The notes beneath the pieces were generated by a model. It saw only the letters and a list, made by a program, of their open reading frames with translations, did no database searches and had not been told where the DNA came from. A stretch of DNA of 64,000 nucleotides from Neodothiora populina (taxonomy: Eukaryota), in contig NW_027191406.1 of the NCBI RefSeq assembly GCF_041146345.1, positions 124,001 to 188,000 of the forward strand, written 5' to 3'. Below, in pieces: positions 35,444 through 48,626 of this stretch; position 1 is the first letter of the stretch, and every line of letters begins with the position of its first letter. The translations under genes and the position numbers were made by a program.

Positions 35444-37568
35444 ATGGCCTCACTACTGGGCCCGCTGTCTTCACTACTCAGCCAAACGTCAATCGACGAC
35501 CACGAAGAGGTGCTCAAGGCAGCGAATGCAGCGCTCGGCAAAAGCGCCAAGGACGTCGATGCGCAACACGTCAAGGTCGTCGCGCTGCTGAAACTAGACC
35601 GATTCGACGAGGCCCTGCGCACCCTCGAACACGGCGGAGATGCCTTAAAGCAAAGAGCAAGGCTAGAATGGGCATATGCGCTATACAAAGCTGGCCAGCC
35701 GGGCAAGGCTGCCGAGATCGCAGGTCAAGTGGGCGGAGGACAGTCTGATCGCGGTATGAGGCACGTCGAGGCCCAGGCGAGCTACAGACACGAGGACTTT
35801 GAGCGCGCCGCTGCTCTGTTTGCTCAGCTTGCTTCGGCGGATGCACATGTGCCTGACGAGGACATGGACTTGCGCATCAACACTGGCGCCGTCAATGCGC
35901 AGATGGAGTGGTCTGGACTGGGTCATTTGGTGAAAGAGAAGAAGCCCCAAAGAGAAGACCTGCAGGCCTTCGAGACGGCCTACAATGCTGCATGTGGGAG
36001 TATTGCGAGAGATGAGCTTGGCCAGGCAGAGGTTTTGTTGAGGAGATCAAGAGGTTTGTTTCTCTTACGAGCCAGATGAGGAAACAGCTGCTGACACGGT
36101 GATCAGATCTCTGCGACGCCCTCGAGGATCTTTCCGAAGAGGATAAGCATGCCGAGTTGTTGCCAATCATCGTCCAGCAGATCTACGTCCTCGTGCGACA
36201 AGGCAGAACTGAAGAGGCCGCTCAGTTGGCCTCAGGCATTGCTGTCAAGGAGTATGTTTTCTTGTCATTGTATTTTGAGTATTCATTTGACTGACACCCT
36301 GGATTAGTATCACCGAATCATCAACACACCACATTGCCGACATCAACATCACAGCAGCATCTTCAGAATTAACCAACCCATATCTGACCCATCGCATAAT
36401 CCACAAGTCGCCGGAGACCATTACGCCTGACCGACCTTTTGCATATCAGAGTGCTGCCATGCATAGAAACAATTACGCCCTCGATTTGCTCTCACAAAAG
36501 TATTCTGGCATTATTTTTTCCACCACTTCTGCAGTTGCCAAGCACCCGTCACCCACACTTGATGCAAACGTCAACTCACTTGGCGCTTTGAACGCTGCGG
36601 CGCATGCAAGAAACCAGGCCGGAAAGGACGCCATCAAGGCTATTTTGCCCGTGCTGGACAAGCGACCAACCGACGTTGGTTTGGTTCTTGTCGCAGTTCA
36701 ACTCTATGTGTTTGCCGGAAACCACGGTGCCGCTATCGTTCTCCTCGAGTCTCTCTTCTCTCGCCTACAGCAATCGACAAATCCCGCCGACCTAGAAGTG
36801 CGATACGCCCCAGGTCTGGTCGGAACAATGGTTTCTCTCTATTCCGCACGAGGACAGACGAGCAAGTCGCGCGCCGAACTAGCAAAAGCAGCCAAGTACT
36901 GGAGACAGCGATCGACGTCGACAACCTCGTCACCAATCGCAGACCGCGCGCTCGCACACTTGTACAAATCTGCCGGCGCCGCCCTCCTGGCATCGCACGA
37001 CTCACAAGACCAGCAATTGGCCAGCGAGATCTTTTCAGACTTGCGCGCACAGGACAAGGACGACAGATACACGAACGCCGGTCTGGTCGCCGCCTTGGCT
37101 TTTGCAGAATCGTCATCGATCACCGACGAGCAACTATCTTCTCTGACACCCGTCGACAGACTCACAGCCGGGATCGACGTCTCTGCCCTGGAAGAAGCAG
37201 GAGTGGCCAAAGCCCCCGCCCCGACGCCGTCCGCAACAGCGACCAAGCGTGCAGCACCATCTGCCGCCGACGTATCCAAGAAACCAACCAAGATCCGCAA
37301 GACGAAAATGCCAAAGGAATTTGACCCGAACAAGAAGATGGATCTCGAGCGCTGGCTGCCTCTCAAGGACAGGTCCTACTACCGACCCAAGGGCGGAAAG
37401 AAGGCAAAGGCCAAGCAGGCAATGCTCACTCAGGGCGGTGTCGTCGACGACAGCAGAGAGAACAGCCGTCCCGGCACTCCTGGCGTTGTCGCTGGCGAAG
37501 TGGTGAAGGCGAGTGGTGGAGGACAACAGAAGAACAAGAAGAAAAAGGGCAAGGGTGGGAAGTGGTGA
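35444..37568 (+). CDS. SRP72: Signal recognition particle subunit SRP72, 3 exons
   Basis: N-terminal TPRs (KVVALLKLDRF, EWAYALYK, YNAAC), C-terminal RNA-binding motif D.ERWLP.KDRSYYRP, and a Lys-rich tail ending GKW. Confidence 0.95.
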
Positions 37569-37823
37569 TTGTACTTCTCTCATCAGACCTTTGTTTTGAG
37601 AGGTCTTTGTGTTCACAGCGGCTAGACTATGAGAGAGTACTTGTCCATAACGAGAAAAAGTCATTGCAGAACGAACATGAAAATAATTTACTAATTACTC
37701 TTCAATCTCTAGGAAAGAATGCGCAGCGATAGAGATGCTACTCTACGGCTACCACTATGATCGTCGTATCGCCGGCGGATATATACGGTGTAAGCACGAT
37801 TCTGCCCATCAATAAGCTCATCA

Positions 37824-37917
37824 TCTTTGTTGGTCTAGTGGTCATGATTTCCGCTTGTCATTTGAAGCAATTCAACTACAAGCGCGGGAGACCGGGGTTC
37901 GATTCCCCGACAGAGAG
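37824..37917 (+). tRNA. tRNA-Asp(GTC) with 22-nt intron
   Basis: Acceptor stem TCTTTGT/ACAGAGA, anticodon GTC at 37857-37859, intron 37861-37882, T arm CGGGG-TTCGATT-CCCCG, and an oligo-T terminator directly downstream. Confidence 0.93.
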
Positions 37918-38587
37918 CTTTCCTTTTTGTCCTTTTTTTGCTAGTACATCTAGCTATTTTCATTTTTTATTTACTGCATGAACCACCATGTCTGTGCCGC
38001 GGACAGAGACAATTGTAAGACTGTTGAAGCAAAGTGTTCTAGAGGCTTTTGATGAGTGTTCTGTTTTACATGAGTCTCAGAGTATGGGTCAGATGTCTGG
38101 TACGAGATCCCAGACTCGCTCACATTTAGAACTTGCCGAGACGCTAGAAACGAACGGGATACTTTTTTTTCCCTGTCTTTTGCTCCCTTTATTTTTGATC
38201 GTGACTTTTCATGTTCATGCATTCTTTGACTTCGTATCTGGTCTATGGGTATTTTTCCTGCATTGGGAATATATTGTTTGATTAAAATGTTCTGTTGTTG
38301 TTGTTCTGCTTCTTCCAATGGTTTTATGCTTCATCTCTGGCTTGAGAAACTTTCAGTTTGCACTTTACTCGACCCTCCTTGTATACGACATCGTCCGCCG
38401 ACGACCCGTATCGGCATGATCCCAAGGAATAGGAAAAACACAAGCAACAGCATCTTATCATCAAGCGCGGAATTACAAACACGATCAAAACCAAATTCAG
38501 TTCCTCTCCCTCCACCACGTGTGGTGAGTGGAAATGTGAAAGGTGCAGAATATATGTACCCCACGACTCCAGCAAGAAATCACCAAA

Positions 38588-38730
38588 GCTCTTGTGGGTT
38601 AGCGGTAAACTACTGCCTTCCCATCATAACCTGCAACCGGTAATCTCACTTTGATTTGTGTCGTGTGGGGAAATGCCTGTGCGGGAAATAGGAAGAGGCA
38701 GTGCCCCGGGTTCGACTCCCGGCAGGAGCA
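38588..38730 (+). tRNA. tRNA-Gly(CCC) with 72-nt intron
   Basis: Acceptor stem GCTCTTG/CAGGAGC, D arm GGTT/AACT, anticodon stem CTGCC/GGCAG, CCC at 38620-38622, intron 38624-38695, T arm CCGGG-TTCGACT-CCCGG, and TTTT downstream. Confidence 0.88.
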
Positions 38731-39392
38731 GATCTTTTGGATCCTCTCTCTCGATAGTTATCTAGCTATTATGTATGGTTCTCAGTTTCCATTTTGCTGG
38801 AATACAAATGCAAGTTGAGTCAGATGATGGGTAATTAGGTAGGTAAAGTTGAGATGATTTTTACTATATATATATATATTGCGGACTTGTAAGATTCGAA
38901 CAGGAATAGCTAAATCATGAGTGCTACACATCTGGAATACCGACCTACCACCACCCATAACCACCTATGGTCCTCTTTGCTTGTCTACAAGTTCCTTACT
39001 TGCGCTTCTCACTCGATTGATACGTCAAAACATCAAATCATGCCATCGCGTCCGGCAGTCTTCTCCACTCTTTTTAAAGTGACACCTGACCCGAGCGAGT
39101 CCTGATCTGGAGAAGTTCTGACCCGAAGACGGTCTGGCCTGATTTCCGCTATGGATCTATGAGTCTGACACCTTGTGCGTGCATTCAGCTGCTTGGCTCT
39201 TCTTGAGCCGCTGCGTCGTCGCGTTTTCATAGGGTTTGTGATGAGGTCTATTGTGATTGTACATAGAAGTATATATGCTAGATATCTCTGTACTTGCCGT
39301 CCATCTCCACCCTTTCTGTAAAGTAGCTTCCATTCACAAGAAGCTAGCCCAGTTTCCTGAAAAACATAACAGTAACGCAGTATTTATCCACG

Positions 39393-40427
39393 TCATAAAT
39401 CACTGTCCTCGAGAAGGATGCCCTCGTCTTCGTGTCCCGGACCAGATTTGCTCTTCGCAAACACACCATTGATGAACTCGGACTGTGTCGATGAAAGAAG
39501 AAGTGTCCCGCAAGCAATCAACGCCGCGAGGAGAAGCCATTTAGCTTGGACCTTTGTCCATGAATTTTGTCAGCGGGAATTCCTTCTCGCCATGGGCGCA
39601 GATGTGATTGAAACCACGAAAATAACGAAAGGACTTACACTGGATGCACAAACCCCACTGACTCTCTGATACGCATCCCCAGGACTCTCCTCAAACAACT
39701 TCTTGACCCCACAAGTCCAGATCTCAACACTGTAAAAACCCGCCACACCACCCCCGTTCCTCCTACTAGCTCCGGACCCAGCGACATCACCCCCGAGCAC
39801 GGGAACCTTCCCTTCGGAGTCCACACTACTACCCAGCACCAACCGCAGCGTATCAAGATCCGCGATATCAATCTTGCCACTGCGCTGATTATCAGCCCAG
39901 ACCAAGAACCCGACAACGGCACAAAACACCAGCCCGACCCATCCGCCAAGCCACGCGATGAGGGAGTCGAACGTCGCGCACTCGACGTCTTGTTCTCGCG
40001 TCCACCATCGCGGGCCTAGGAACTTGACTACTGCTCGCAGATACCGAATGGGTCCGACCGAGAACAAAGACTCCGGGATGCGATGCGCAAGCGTGTGCTT
40101 GAGCGTCAGAGGGAAATACGCTCCGCCCAGCGCCATTGTGATCAGGCCGGCCAGGAACAGCCCCGTAGGTGTTCGGGCATCGGATTGGATCGGCAGGTAG
40201 CGGATCTGAGAAAGGAGCGTCGGTCGGCCTGAGAGGTCTGCGTCTGGGTCTTCGGGCCCGGAAGGAGACGAGGCCAGGGAGTAGATGTCTTCGGTTTTGT
40301 CCGAGTATCTATGTGCGTACGAGGTTACGTCTGATGAGATTGAAAGCAGGGCAAGGCCGATAAGAAAGGCCGAGAGGGCGGATAAGGTGCGAAGTTTCAA
40401 GGAGGGGGAGGGGGATTTCTTGGGCAT
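39393..40427 (-). CDS. Hypothetical ~4-TM membrane protein, 2 exons
   Basis: Hydrophobic helices in the main ORF. A GTAAGT donor after GVCASS, a GCTGAC branch point and an AAG acceptor give an in-frame last exon VQAKWLLLAALIACG...EDSDL*. Confidence 0.65.
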
Positions 40428-41661
40428 TTTTGGCTCTTTCGTCTTTTGTCGGAGACCACTGCTGCCTCTTTTCCGAAGACGTGAAATGACAGCGTATAGT
40501 CAAAGACGAACGACCAGGAGGTTGACAGCTCCAGTCAACTGACGTCCCCGCAATATCAACTCTCTCGAGCCTCTATGGAAAGCAGCACTCTCTATCTACG
40601 CACACGCTATGCCGTCAGATGCCGAATGGAGACTCCAAATTCTCCGCGATGGCAGACAAGATTCGGTGACGATTTTCTGAAGGATAACAGACCAAATGCA
40701 ACCAGTCTTCCAAAAGAACGGTAGTGATCGTACGAAAGAACCAAGCAGAGACATTGGCGGCACGTCCATCGGTCTGGTCTGGTCTGGCCTAAATCCCAGC
40801 AGTGGTTCCAGCGCCAAGAGCTGAAGTGTAAATGACATCATTTCAGTTCCTATCTACACCTTACCTTATCTTATCCTGCATTACTATGAATGCCTTGGAC
40901 TTTTAGAGCTCAAATCATAACATTTGACTGTTCAATGAATATACAGGTCATGGTGTGGAGAATAATCGTACGGACACTGCGGCAGGATATTTGACATCGA
41001 GCAGTGAAACGAACGATACGGGGGGATTTGCGCAGGTGCCATAGATCATGATAGTTGCAGTAGCATTGATCAGAAGATGAACAAGTCGCTTACAAGATAT
41101 GCATTAACACTTGCATGTCACAGAGAAATCAACGTCTTACTCTCTCGCATACATTTGCACTGACCGTCTCAGGGAGGAGTAGAGAAAGAAAGAATTTCGG
41201 CAGATATGATTAGATAGATTCGCTTGCTAGACAGATACAAGGTCGATAGAACAAATAAAAATTGATGAGCTCCGATGCTTCATATCTCAAGATATGCATG
41301 AAGGACTCCTCCCCTACCCTTTGTCCAAGCCCGTGAAATACAAAAAAAAAAACTCCAGATGCGAAGATACAATCTCGGCGGAAGGTTTGGTCCTTTGTTG
41401 TCGCCGGGATAGATGGTAACGCCTGGTTAACGCCCTCCTCCTGTAGAATATTGTCGATATGTCTTGGTCCATCCCAAATGGTCCCATACCCCCGCCATGA
41501 AATTCACATGACTACAGACTTGCCAATTGGAAGCCAATTCGACACCTCTTCCCACCGTAAATGTGCCGATCTCCCTCACACAAACCATCGCAGCTACTGC
41601 TCTTGCTGCCCTCTAACATTTTTACGATAAGAAACCTGGCCAGGAAACATCTGGACCATCC

Positions 41662-44376
41662 CTAAGCACCAAAGTGCGGGCTGTTGACCTGGGACATGGG
41701 ATCGTCGTCAGTTCCTTGACTGACGTTATCGACATCGACAGACATCGACATCTCGCTTCGGAGGTCGGTTCCGTCGACGTCATGGTGACTTTCGTTGTCG
41801 ACAAGAGATGAAGAAAAGTGTTCATCGCTCATGACAATATCTCTTCCTTCATTTGTATCAGTGGACGATCCATGTGCATCGGCTGCTTGCTCGATGCTTC
41901 TTGTGTTTAGATAGTCTGACACTTGTTCTTCCTTTTGTTTTGAAGAACCGAAACGACTACTGAGTCTGCTCGGACCGGCGGGCGGACGTTCGTCTTCTCT
42001 CATGGGCAACGGCGACGAAGCTGGCTCTGAGAACGGGACATCGGAGAGGGAAGGCGAGGCGGTGCTGCTACGATCAGCGCCTAGCAACAGATTGTTCGGC
42101 GCTGTAGGAGATAGAGCAGAGAAGCGGTTGCCATAGCGTCTGACCTCGAGAGGATCTTCGGGTGGTGCAAACGACCAGACCTCCATAATGGTCTTGCCTC
42201 CGCGGCTGGCAAGGACTACTGCCTTCTCGTCCTCGAAAACAACACGCCAGACAGCCTCGGCGGGTTGGCCAAGTTCGCGAACAAGCTGACCGCGAGCGAG
42301 GTCCCAAACTTTGACACGACCGTCGGACCCACCAGATACAATGCGCGACTCATCGAATTGTAACGAAGTAACACTGTTATCGTGCGCAGCCAGGCGATGT
42401 ATTGGAGTGTAAGTCTGCAGGGACCAGACACGGACAGAACCATCGGACCCGCCTGTGACGAGGGTGTCACCCCGGAGCTGAAGCTGGCCAACCAGACTCG
42501 TGTGACCCTGTAATATAGCGAGACATTTGCTAGAGGGCTGATGTCAGATATTTTGTTGTTTTCCGAGGGACAAAAGAAAAAGAGGCTTACCCGTCAGAGA
42601 CATTCCACACTCGCACGCTCGTATCAAGCGAGCCAGTGGCGACTCTCTTACCATCAAAAGCAACGGCATAGATCTGGCTGAAGTGTCCTTGTAGAGTGCG
42701 CAGGCATCGGCCTTCACTGATGCTCCATATCCGGGCGGTGGTATCGTAACTTCCAGAGACGACGTAATCGCCATGTATCTCGAGACAGCGGACACTCGCT
42801 TGGTGGCCCAGCAAGACATGTTTGCACAAGCCTTTCTCGATATCCCAGACGCGAAGTGTGGTATCCCGCGAACCTGAGATGGCGGTGGTGCGATCAGACA
42901 TCTTGAGGCAGCGCACTGTCGAGGTGTGGCCACGGAGCATGTGTATGGCTTTGCTGTGCAAGAGGTCAGTTCAAGGATCTTCTTCACGGCAAAAGCAAAA
43001 GGAGAGACACGAACCCAGTCGCCATGTCCCAGACACGAACATCTCTATCGCAACCTCCCGAAACAAGAGTATCACCCCAGGGAACCATAGCCCAGACACC
43101 CATAACATGACCCTGCAGGCACCTCAGATGGCGGCCCTCGGTATCGAATATGTGAATCTTTGCATTGTCCAGGGCCACGATGATGTACTTGTCCGTGAGG
43201 TGGAGACTTGTCACAACGCCCTGATCCGGAGTGATCTGCCGCTGATCGACCTTTCCTCCGATTCGCCAAGCTGTCTCGACCTGGTAACGTTGCTTGAAAT
43301 GTGATCTGTATGTCGTAGCCTTGGGTCGCCGTCTCAGACGCGAGGACAAGGGCGCCGGAGTGACGCGATCGAGGCTTCGACTCCTCGTGAGATCAGGAGC
43401 CGACATGGCTGCACCAGGCAGACCGCGCCATGCTGATGGAGGCTGGAATGGTCTGTGATCGGGATCTAGGTATGAGTGCTGGTGGTGCTTCTGAGATGGA
43501 GTAGGATTATCGTCAGACATGCGGCGGTAAGCATGCTTCTCGCAAAGACTCTTCCAGGCCATGTCGTCGCTGACCAACTCGTGCCAGCGCGTCGAAACCT
43601 GCGACGAGCGGGCAAGAGTCTTTGCATCATCGATGAATGTGAGGATCTGGTGTTGTTCGAGTTGTCAGCAAGGGGCAAAGAAATACGAAGACTGAAGAGT
43701 CACTCACCCGTAAACACAGCTCATTCGGCAATATGCCGAACGGATCCCTTTTTAACCGCGGCGCCACAAATCCATTGATCCAGCCCAGTAATTTGCCGTC
43801 GCACATGTTCAGCAACTCGGCCAACATCCTTTTCCGCTCTTCGTTGTCCATTTCGGCAAACATGCCGCGCATGTGTCTATAACCAAGACCAGTGCCACTC
43901 CTCGCGCTCGCTCTGGCGCCTGCTCTGAAGGTCCCGCCGCTGCTGCTGCTGCCCTCGTCGCCAGACTCCATCTGAGGGTCGAGGCCAATGTCTTCGTGTT
44001 CGTTTGCAGTGCTCCAGTTCGGAGCGCGCTGTCCCGGGGTCGGTGACGGAGCAGGGGTAGGCGGCGAGGCAGGCGCAGAAGGCAACAGGTTGCCGGGGAT
44101 GACGCTGGGGTTGGAGGGTATGGGTATGGGCATGGGCATCGACGACGCGGCGGCCTGCACCGTCGTCCGGGCTATTGATCGCGGCATTGGAAGGGAAGGA
44201 GCGGGTTTGTTCGAACGATGCGGTTGTTGAGCAGTGGCAGCAGCATAGAGTCGTGATGTCGTCGATCTGTTGTTCAGCGAATGTGTCGTCGACGACTCGG
44301 CATCGTAGTCTGCAGGCATCGACATGGGTCGTTGCTGTTGTCGCAGGTACGACGGATGCCAGTCACCCTCCTCCAT
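41662..44376 (-). CDS. F-box/WD40-repeat protein (Cdc4/Fbw7/Sel-10 family SCF substrate receptor), multi-exon
   Basis: F-box DPFGILPNELCLR-ILTFIDD..L..SQVSTRW, and repeated WD40 units (GHVMGVW..SGGCDRDVRVWD, GHTSTVRCL..SGSRDTTLRVWD, GHFSQIY). The start codon is uncertain. Confidence 0.92.
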
Positions 44377-46657
44377 GACTATGCTTTCCTTGGTTCGAAT
44401 CGATCCAACAGTGCTTTCCTCCGTTGATGGGTGAGATGGAGTGGAGAGCCCAAGCGATTTCAGTACATGTGCTCCAGCAGGACAAGAGGTCAGGCTGCCA
44501 GAGTCGTCGAGATTGTGGAGGTTGACGATGCAGTATGCGGCGGGCGGTATGCACAGTATGTGGATATGTGTGTATGTAATAACGGGTAGAAGGGGGAAAC
44601 AAGAAGAGTAAAGTAAGACAAAGACAAGGTACAGTAGTGTGGAGTTGGACTGACACCAGTGTCGACGGTCCTCCCGAGGCAAACCAAAGCGCAAAGTCAA
44701 GACGATGAAGCGCGACTCAGTTCAGTCTAGCAGCGGAGAGGGAAACACTCAATCGCTTACTGCGGTACTGTAAGGTAGACGACAGCAACAGTATCAGTAA
44801 CAGTAACAGTCATAGATAGTCCCAGAACAGGACAACACAGTACATCAACAACGCACGGCACGACAGAAGTATGGGGATCTGCTCTCGCTACTGTACTATA
44901 TCTGATTTGTCCAAGTTGGCTGCGCACCATTGCCCTGAATGAACGATTCCAGAAAATAGTGGCGGTAAATCCTTCGGCTGTCGGCTGCAGTCGACGATGC
45001 AGCCATATCGGATGTTTCGATACTGATGTCCCTGTCGTTGATGACTACTGACATTTATAATGACGCTGATAATCTTTTCTTGACTGTGCATCAGAGGCTG
45101 ACTGCAACTCGGAGGGTAGTAATTCATGCTCTTCGTCATATACAGTAAATACAAAATGAGACCATTAAACACGCCAATGGCGAAAGTGACCAAGGACGGG
45201 GCAGGAAGAGAGAGACGGAACTCAGCCCAGTCGGCAGCCCAGACCAGACCAGACCAGACGACCACCGAAACCAACCACTACCGCTACCACCACTGCTAGT
45301 ATCGTCCTGTGGACTTTTGCACACCACCCAAAAGACTCCTGGCCGCCCGTCATTCTCTACCTGCCAGAGCGCACGAGGCACAGGGCGTAAAAAAAGCACA
45401 GGGCAAGGCTCGCGATTGCGTGATGACCAATCCTACATTCACAGATTGCACACTGAACAGTTGCATTTGGGTTTCCTTTCTCACACCTTTTTGATCATTT
45501 GTATGAAACGCGACCAGGGACTGATTACTTGGCTTAGATCTGTCAATATTCCCATGACTCGCATAGCGGCGGGCTTCTCGCAGTCTATCTGGACCTCGAG
45601 CCTTTTTCCTTCACACAATTACATAAATGCTGTACATCAAGTAGACAATCTCCAGGGTGTTCTCGTGTCTCTGGTTTCTTCTTCTACATGCAGTAGAACC
45701 GAACGGGTAAAAAGTCTAGAAAGCCGTTTTTGTCGTCTGCTGTACGTGCAACTGTTTCTTCGAAAGTCGTTGAGACTATCTACTTTGTGATAAGAAGAAA
45801 CAGTGTAGAAGCGCATCTACTGAACCGGCTGGGATCTCGGTTTCTACACATCATCAAGCACATGCGCAAACAACGTTGGGAGGAAACGCTTAAATGGTCA
45901 CGCAGCCGTTGGAGGCATGCCTTGCATCGATGACCCTTGCAAGTATTGCGTTCTTGTATCGTGATTAGATCATGAGGTGTTCTACCCTTCGATATGGCGG
46001 TATAAAGCCAACATGACTGTTCCCAATATCCACCTTATCACACCGAAACTCAGCATCTCGAAGTCCACCTGCGTCATGCGTGTCAGCCTCCACTTCGGTC
46101 TCTCCTTTGCTATCAAGTACTTACCTACTGCAGTCATATATGACAACCAGAACGTAAGCAAGTAAGAGAGTTCGCAACGCCACCAGCACGATATACCCTT
46201 AATATAAGAAAATAAAAGAATAAGGCGAGATTCACATGCGACATTATGCAAGTAAGCCGTTTCCCTCGCTAAATCGCAAGAGATACTGTACGGCGGCACG
46301 GGTGCGTTGAGCGATTGCGTGCGATCGATATCCTTTGGTGCACGATAAAAGCTGCAGGTGCGGGTAGATATTGATTTACTACTCCAGTGTAAACGTAAAC
46401 GCGGGTCGAGGTTCGGCATTTTGCTTACCTATTCTATGATACTGTAATGTACTGCTGCATTTTTGTCACGACACTCAAGGTCTGGGGAAAAAGTGCGAGT
46501 GTGGTGGAAGAAATAGAAGTCATGAACCCACTCAAATAGCACGGGATTGAACATGACATCAAAAGCGCACTCGAGTCGTTGTTGCTTTCGTGTATGCCCC
46601 ATTTGATTCGTCTACTTTAAAGACAAGCGAAAACCTATATAGCAGAACATTGACCTT

Positions 46658-48048
46658 TCAATCAGCATGACCAAACTGCGTAAGCAGAGGAAGTAGCATT
46701 CCCCCCACGGTCGCGAAAATTTCAACCAGTCCCTGTCCTTGGTCTTTCATGGCAGGAGCCTGATAGCCATCATAGACTCCTGCTTCGCCGTAGCCATTTT
46801 GCCCCGCGTGACCGCCGTGGTGGTGATGCTGTTTTCCTGAAGTGTGGTCGTGGGATTCGTCTTGCATTGTGTGCATTGCGACATATCTTCGATTTGCATC
46901 AGGATATGTTCGAAATCGAAAAGAAGGGAGGGATAGGAGTCTCAAAAGGAGAAGAACTTACAGAAACGTGCCTCCAGAGAAAAGCAACAAGACTCCCGTC
47001 GCGAAATGCGTTCCTTCTTCTCCACTAAAGCGTCCACCGCCAAAGGTATTGGCTACCGCCCATGTCACCAATGCGCCAATTGGAGCAGACAAACTGAAGA
47101 TAATCAAATGCGTCCTCGCTCTGCGTTTCGAGAGGCCTTGCTTGAGCAGCGCGGAAGTCAGACCAAATGCTGCAGGCGCCTTGTGAATCATGAGGGCCAG
47201 AAAGACGATGAACCCAAGTCGTTGTGAGGATCCGGCTGAGGATGCGCCTAGTGCTATGCCGTCTGCAGCGGCGTGTATCACTAAACCCACAGTTGTCGAA
47301 GAAGGCCGAGATTGGCTTGCCTCGTCTACAGTAGGGAAGTCGTCTTCGTCTTGGATCTCTTCATTCTGAGTTCCCGTTCTGCGCAAGGTGAAGCGGTTCA
47401 GGGAAATATGCGATGGCTTTGGCTGAGATGATCCCAGAGCGTGTCGAGGCAGCTTGTCGATCAGGTACATCAGAATAAAGCCGAATATCACAGAGACCCC
47501 TATCCATGCATGAGGCTCCCAGTGGTGGTGATCGTCGACATGATCGTGCGATGGGTTGTTGTCTAATTCTGTTCCTGGTATAGGGCCATCGGGGTGTCCG
47601 TCGTCTGGTCCAGACTTGAGCTGTCCTCCTTCTTGTCTTATATGTGGCGCAGTGAAAGTAAATCCGTCTCTTCGTAATAATTCATGCTCCTGATAGCCAA
47701 TGACAGGACTTGATGGTAGCCAACCAGCGTTGTGCCTCGCACCTAAAGCAATTGATCGAGTCGAGTGTGCACTTTCTACTCCTCGAGCAGCGTACAATGT
47801 CTCCACTCCTTCAGGGATGATAACAATCAGTGATGTACCAACCAACACACCAGTCCCCACGGCGGTTATGAGTCGCAGTTGGCGCGTTGACATGGTGAAG
47901 GCCAAAGGTAGAGCACCAGCCAGGAAAGATCTGTGGTAGTCAGTACTGAAGTACTTTGCTATTTGATTTGGGTTGTTGAGGAAAAGCCTACTTACGCAAC
48001 GGCCATGACAATGCTCAGGCCGAGCAGCACAAAAAGTCCATCCCACAT
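46658..48048 (-). CDS. ZIP-family metal transporter (Atx2/ZIP9-like), 3 exons
   Basis: MWDGLFVLLGLSIVMAVA-SFLAGALPL, GVLVGTSLIVIIPEG, GLVIHAAADGIALG, IHKAPAAFG and FSGGTFLYVA. Confidence 0.9.
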
Positions 48049-48385
48049 CTTCGACTTTGATGTTCCAGGCAGGAGCTGGACGCGAAAGGGGTTGAGGGTG
48101 TTATTGATTCTGTATGTGGCGTGGTCACCTTGACATACTCATTGCTCCTCTATTGCTTGTTCCGGTCGATTCGAATAGTTCCCAAATGTGTTCGACAAAC
48201 ACCACTGACTCCCTCCACAAGACTATTCACCCTCGACGAAGCGCTGCTGGATATGGTATAATAATCTATAAAGATTGTGAAACGCGATGCGCGAAACCAT
48301 GCCATACTTTGAGCTTGGACTTCCTCTGTCCACTAACCCTACGTGGACCAACAACACGCGCTACGGGCCGGCCGTCAGCCTTGTT

Positions 48386-48434
48386 GATAAGATCATGGTG
48401 AGATAAATCCCTTGATAAGATACCCCTTTGATAA
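48386..48434 (+). promoter_or_regulatory. Array of four co-oriented GATAA sites upstream of the Atx2-like gene
   Basis: GATAA at 48386, 48402, 48414 and 48430. Confidence 0.5.
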
Positions 48435-48626
48435 AACTCAATTCACTGCCTTTGATGATTGTGATTGGAAGCACAAAGTACAATCGATTCTGGATACACA
48501 GCGTTGGAGGCTCAGGGGGCTTGTGGATGATTTACTAAGAGTTACAATAATGTTTGAATTTCATTAGATGATTACTACTCCCTGAATGCTAAAACTCGTC
48601 ATAATGTTTCAATATGGACTGAACGT

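Noticed and set aside
44377..44700. Open in-frame extension upstream of the F-box/WD40 ATG (possible non-AUG start)
   Set aside because: It lies in a pyrimidine-rich leader that is naturally poor in stop codons, and there is no independent support.
40771..45259. (GGTCT)n at 40771 and (CCAGA)n at 45239 flanking the F-box gene like terminal inverted repeats
   Set aside because: These are short microsatellites with no further similarity, target-site duplication or transposase.
15653..48048. Metal-homeostasis cluster (ferric reductase plus two ZIP transporters)
   Set aside because: The genes are 9-17 kb apart with unrelated housekeeping genes between them.
48333..48342. CTAACCCTA telomere-like or template-like 9-mer
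   Set aside because: It is a single copy in a short promoter with no room or structure for a telomerase RNA.
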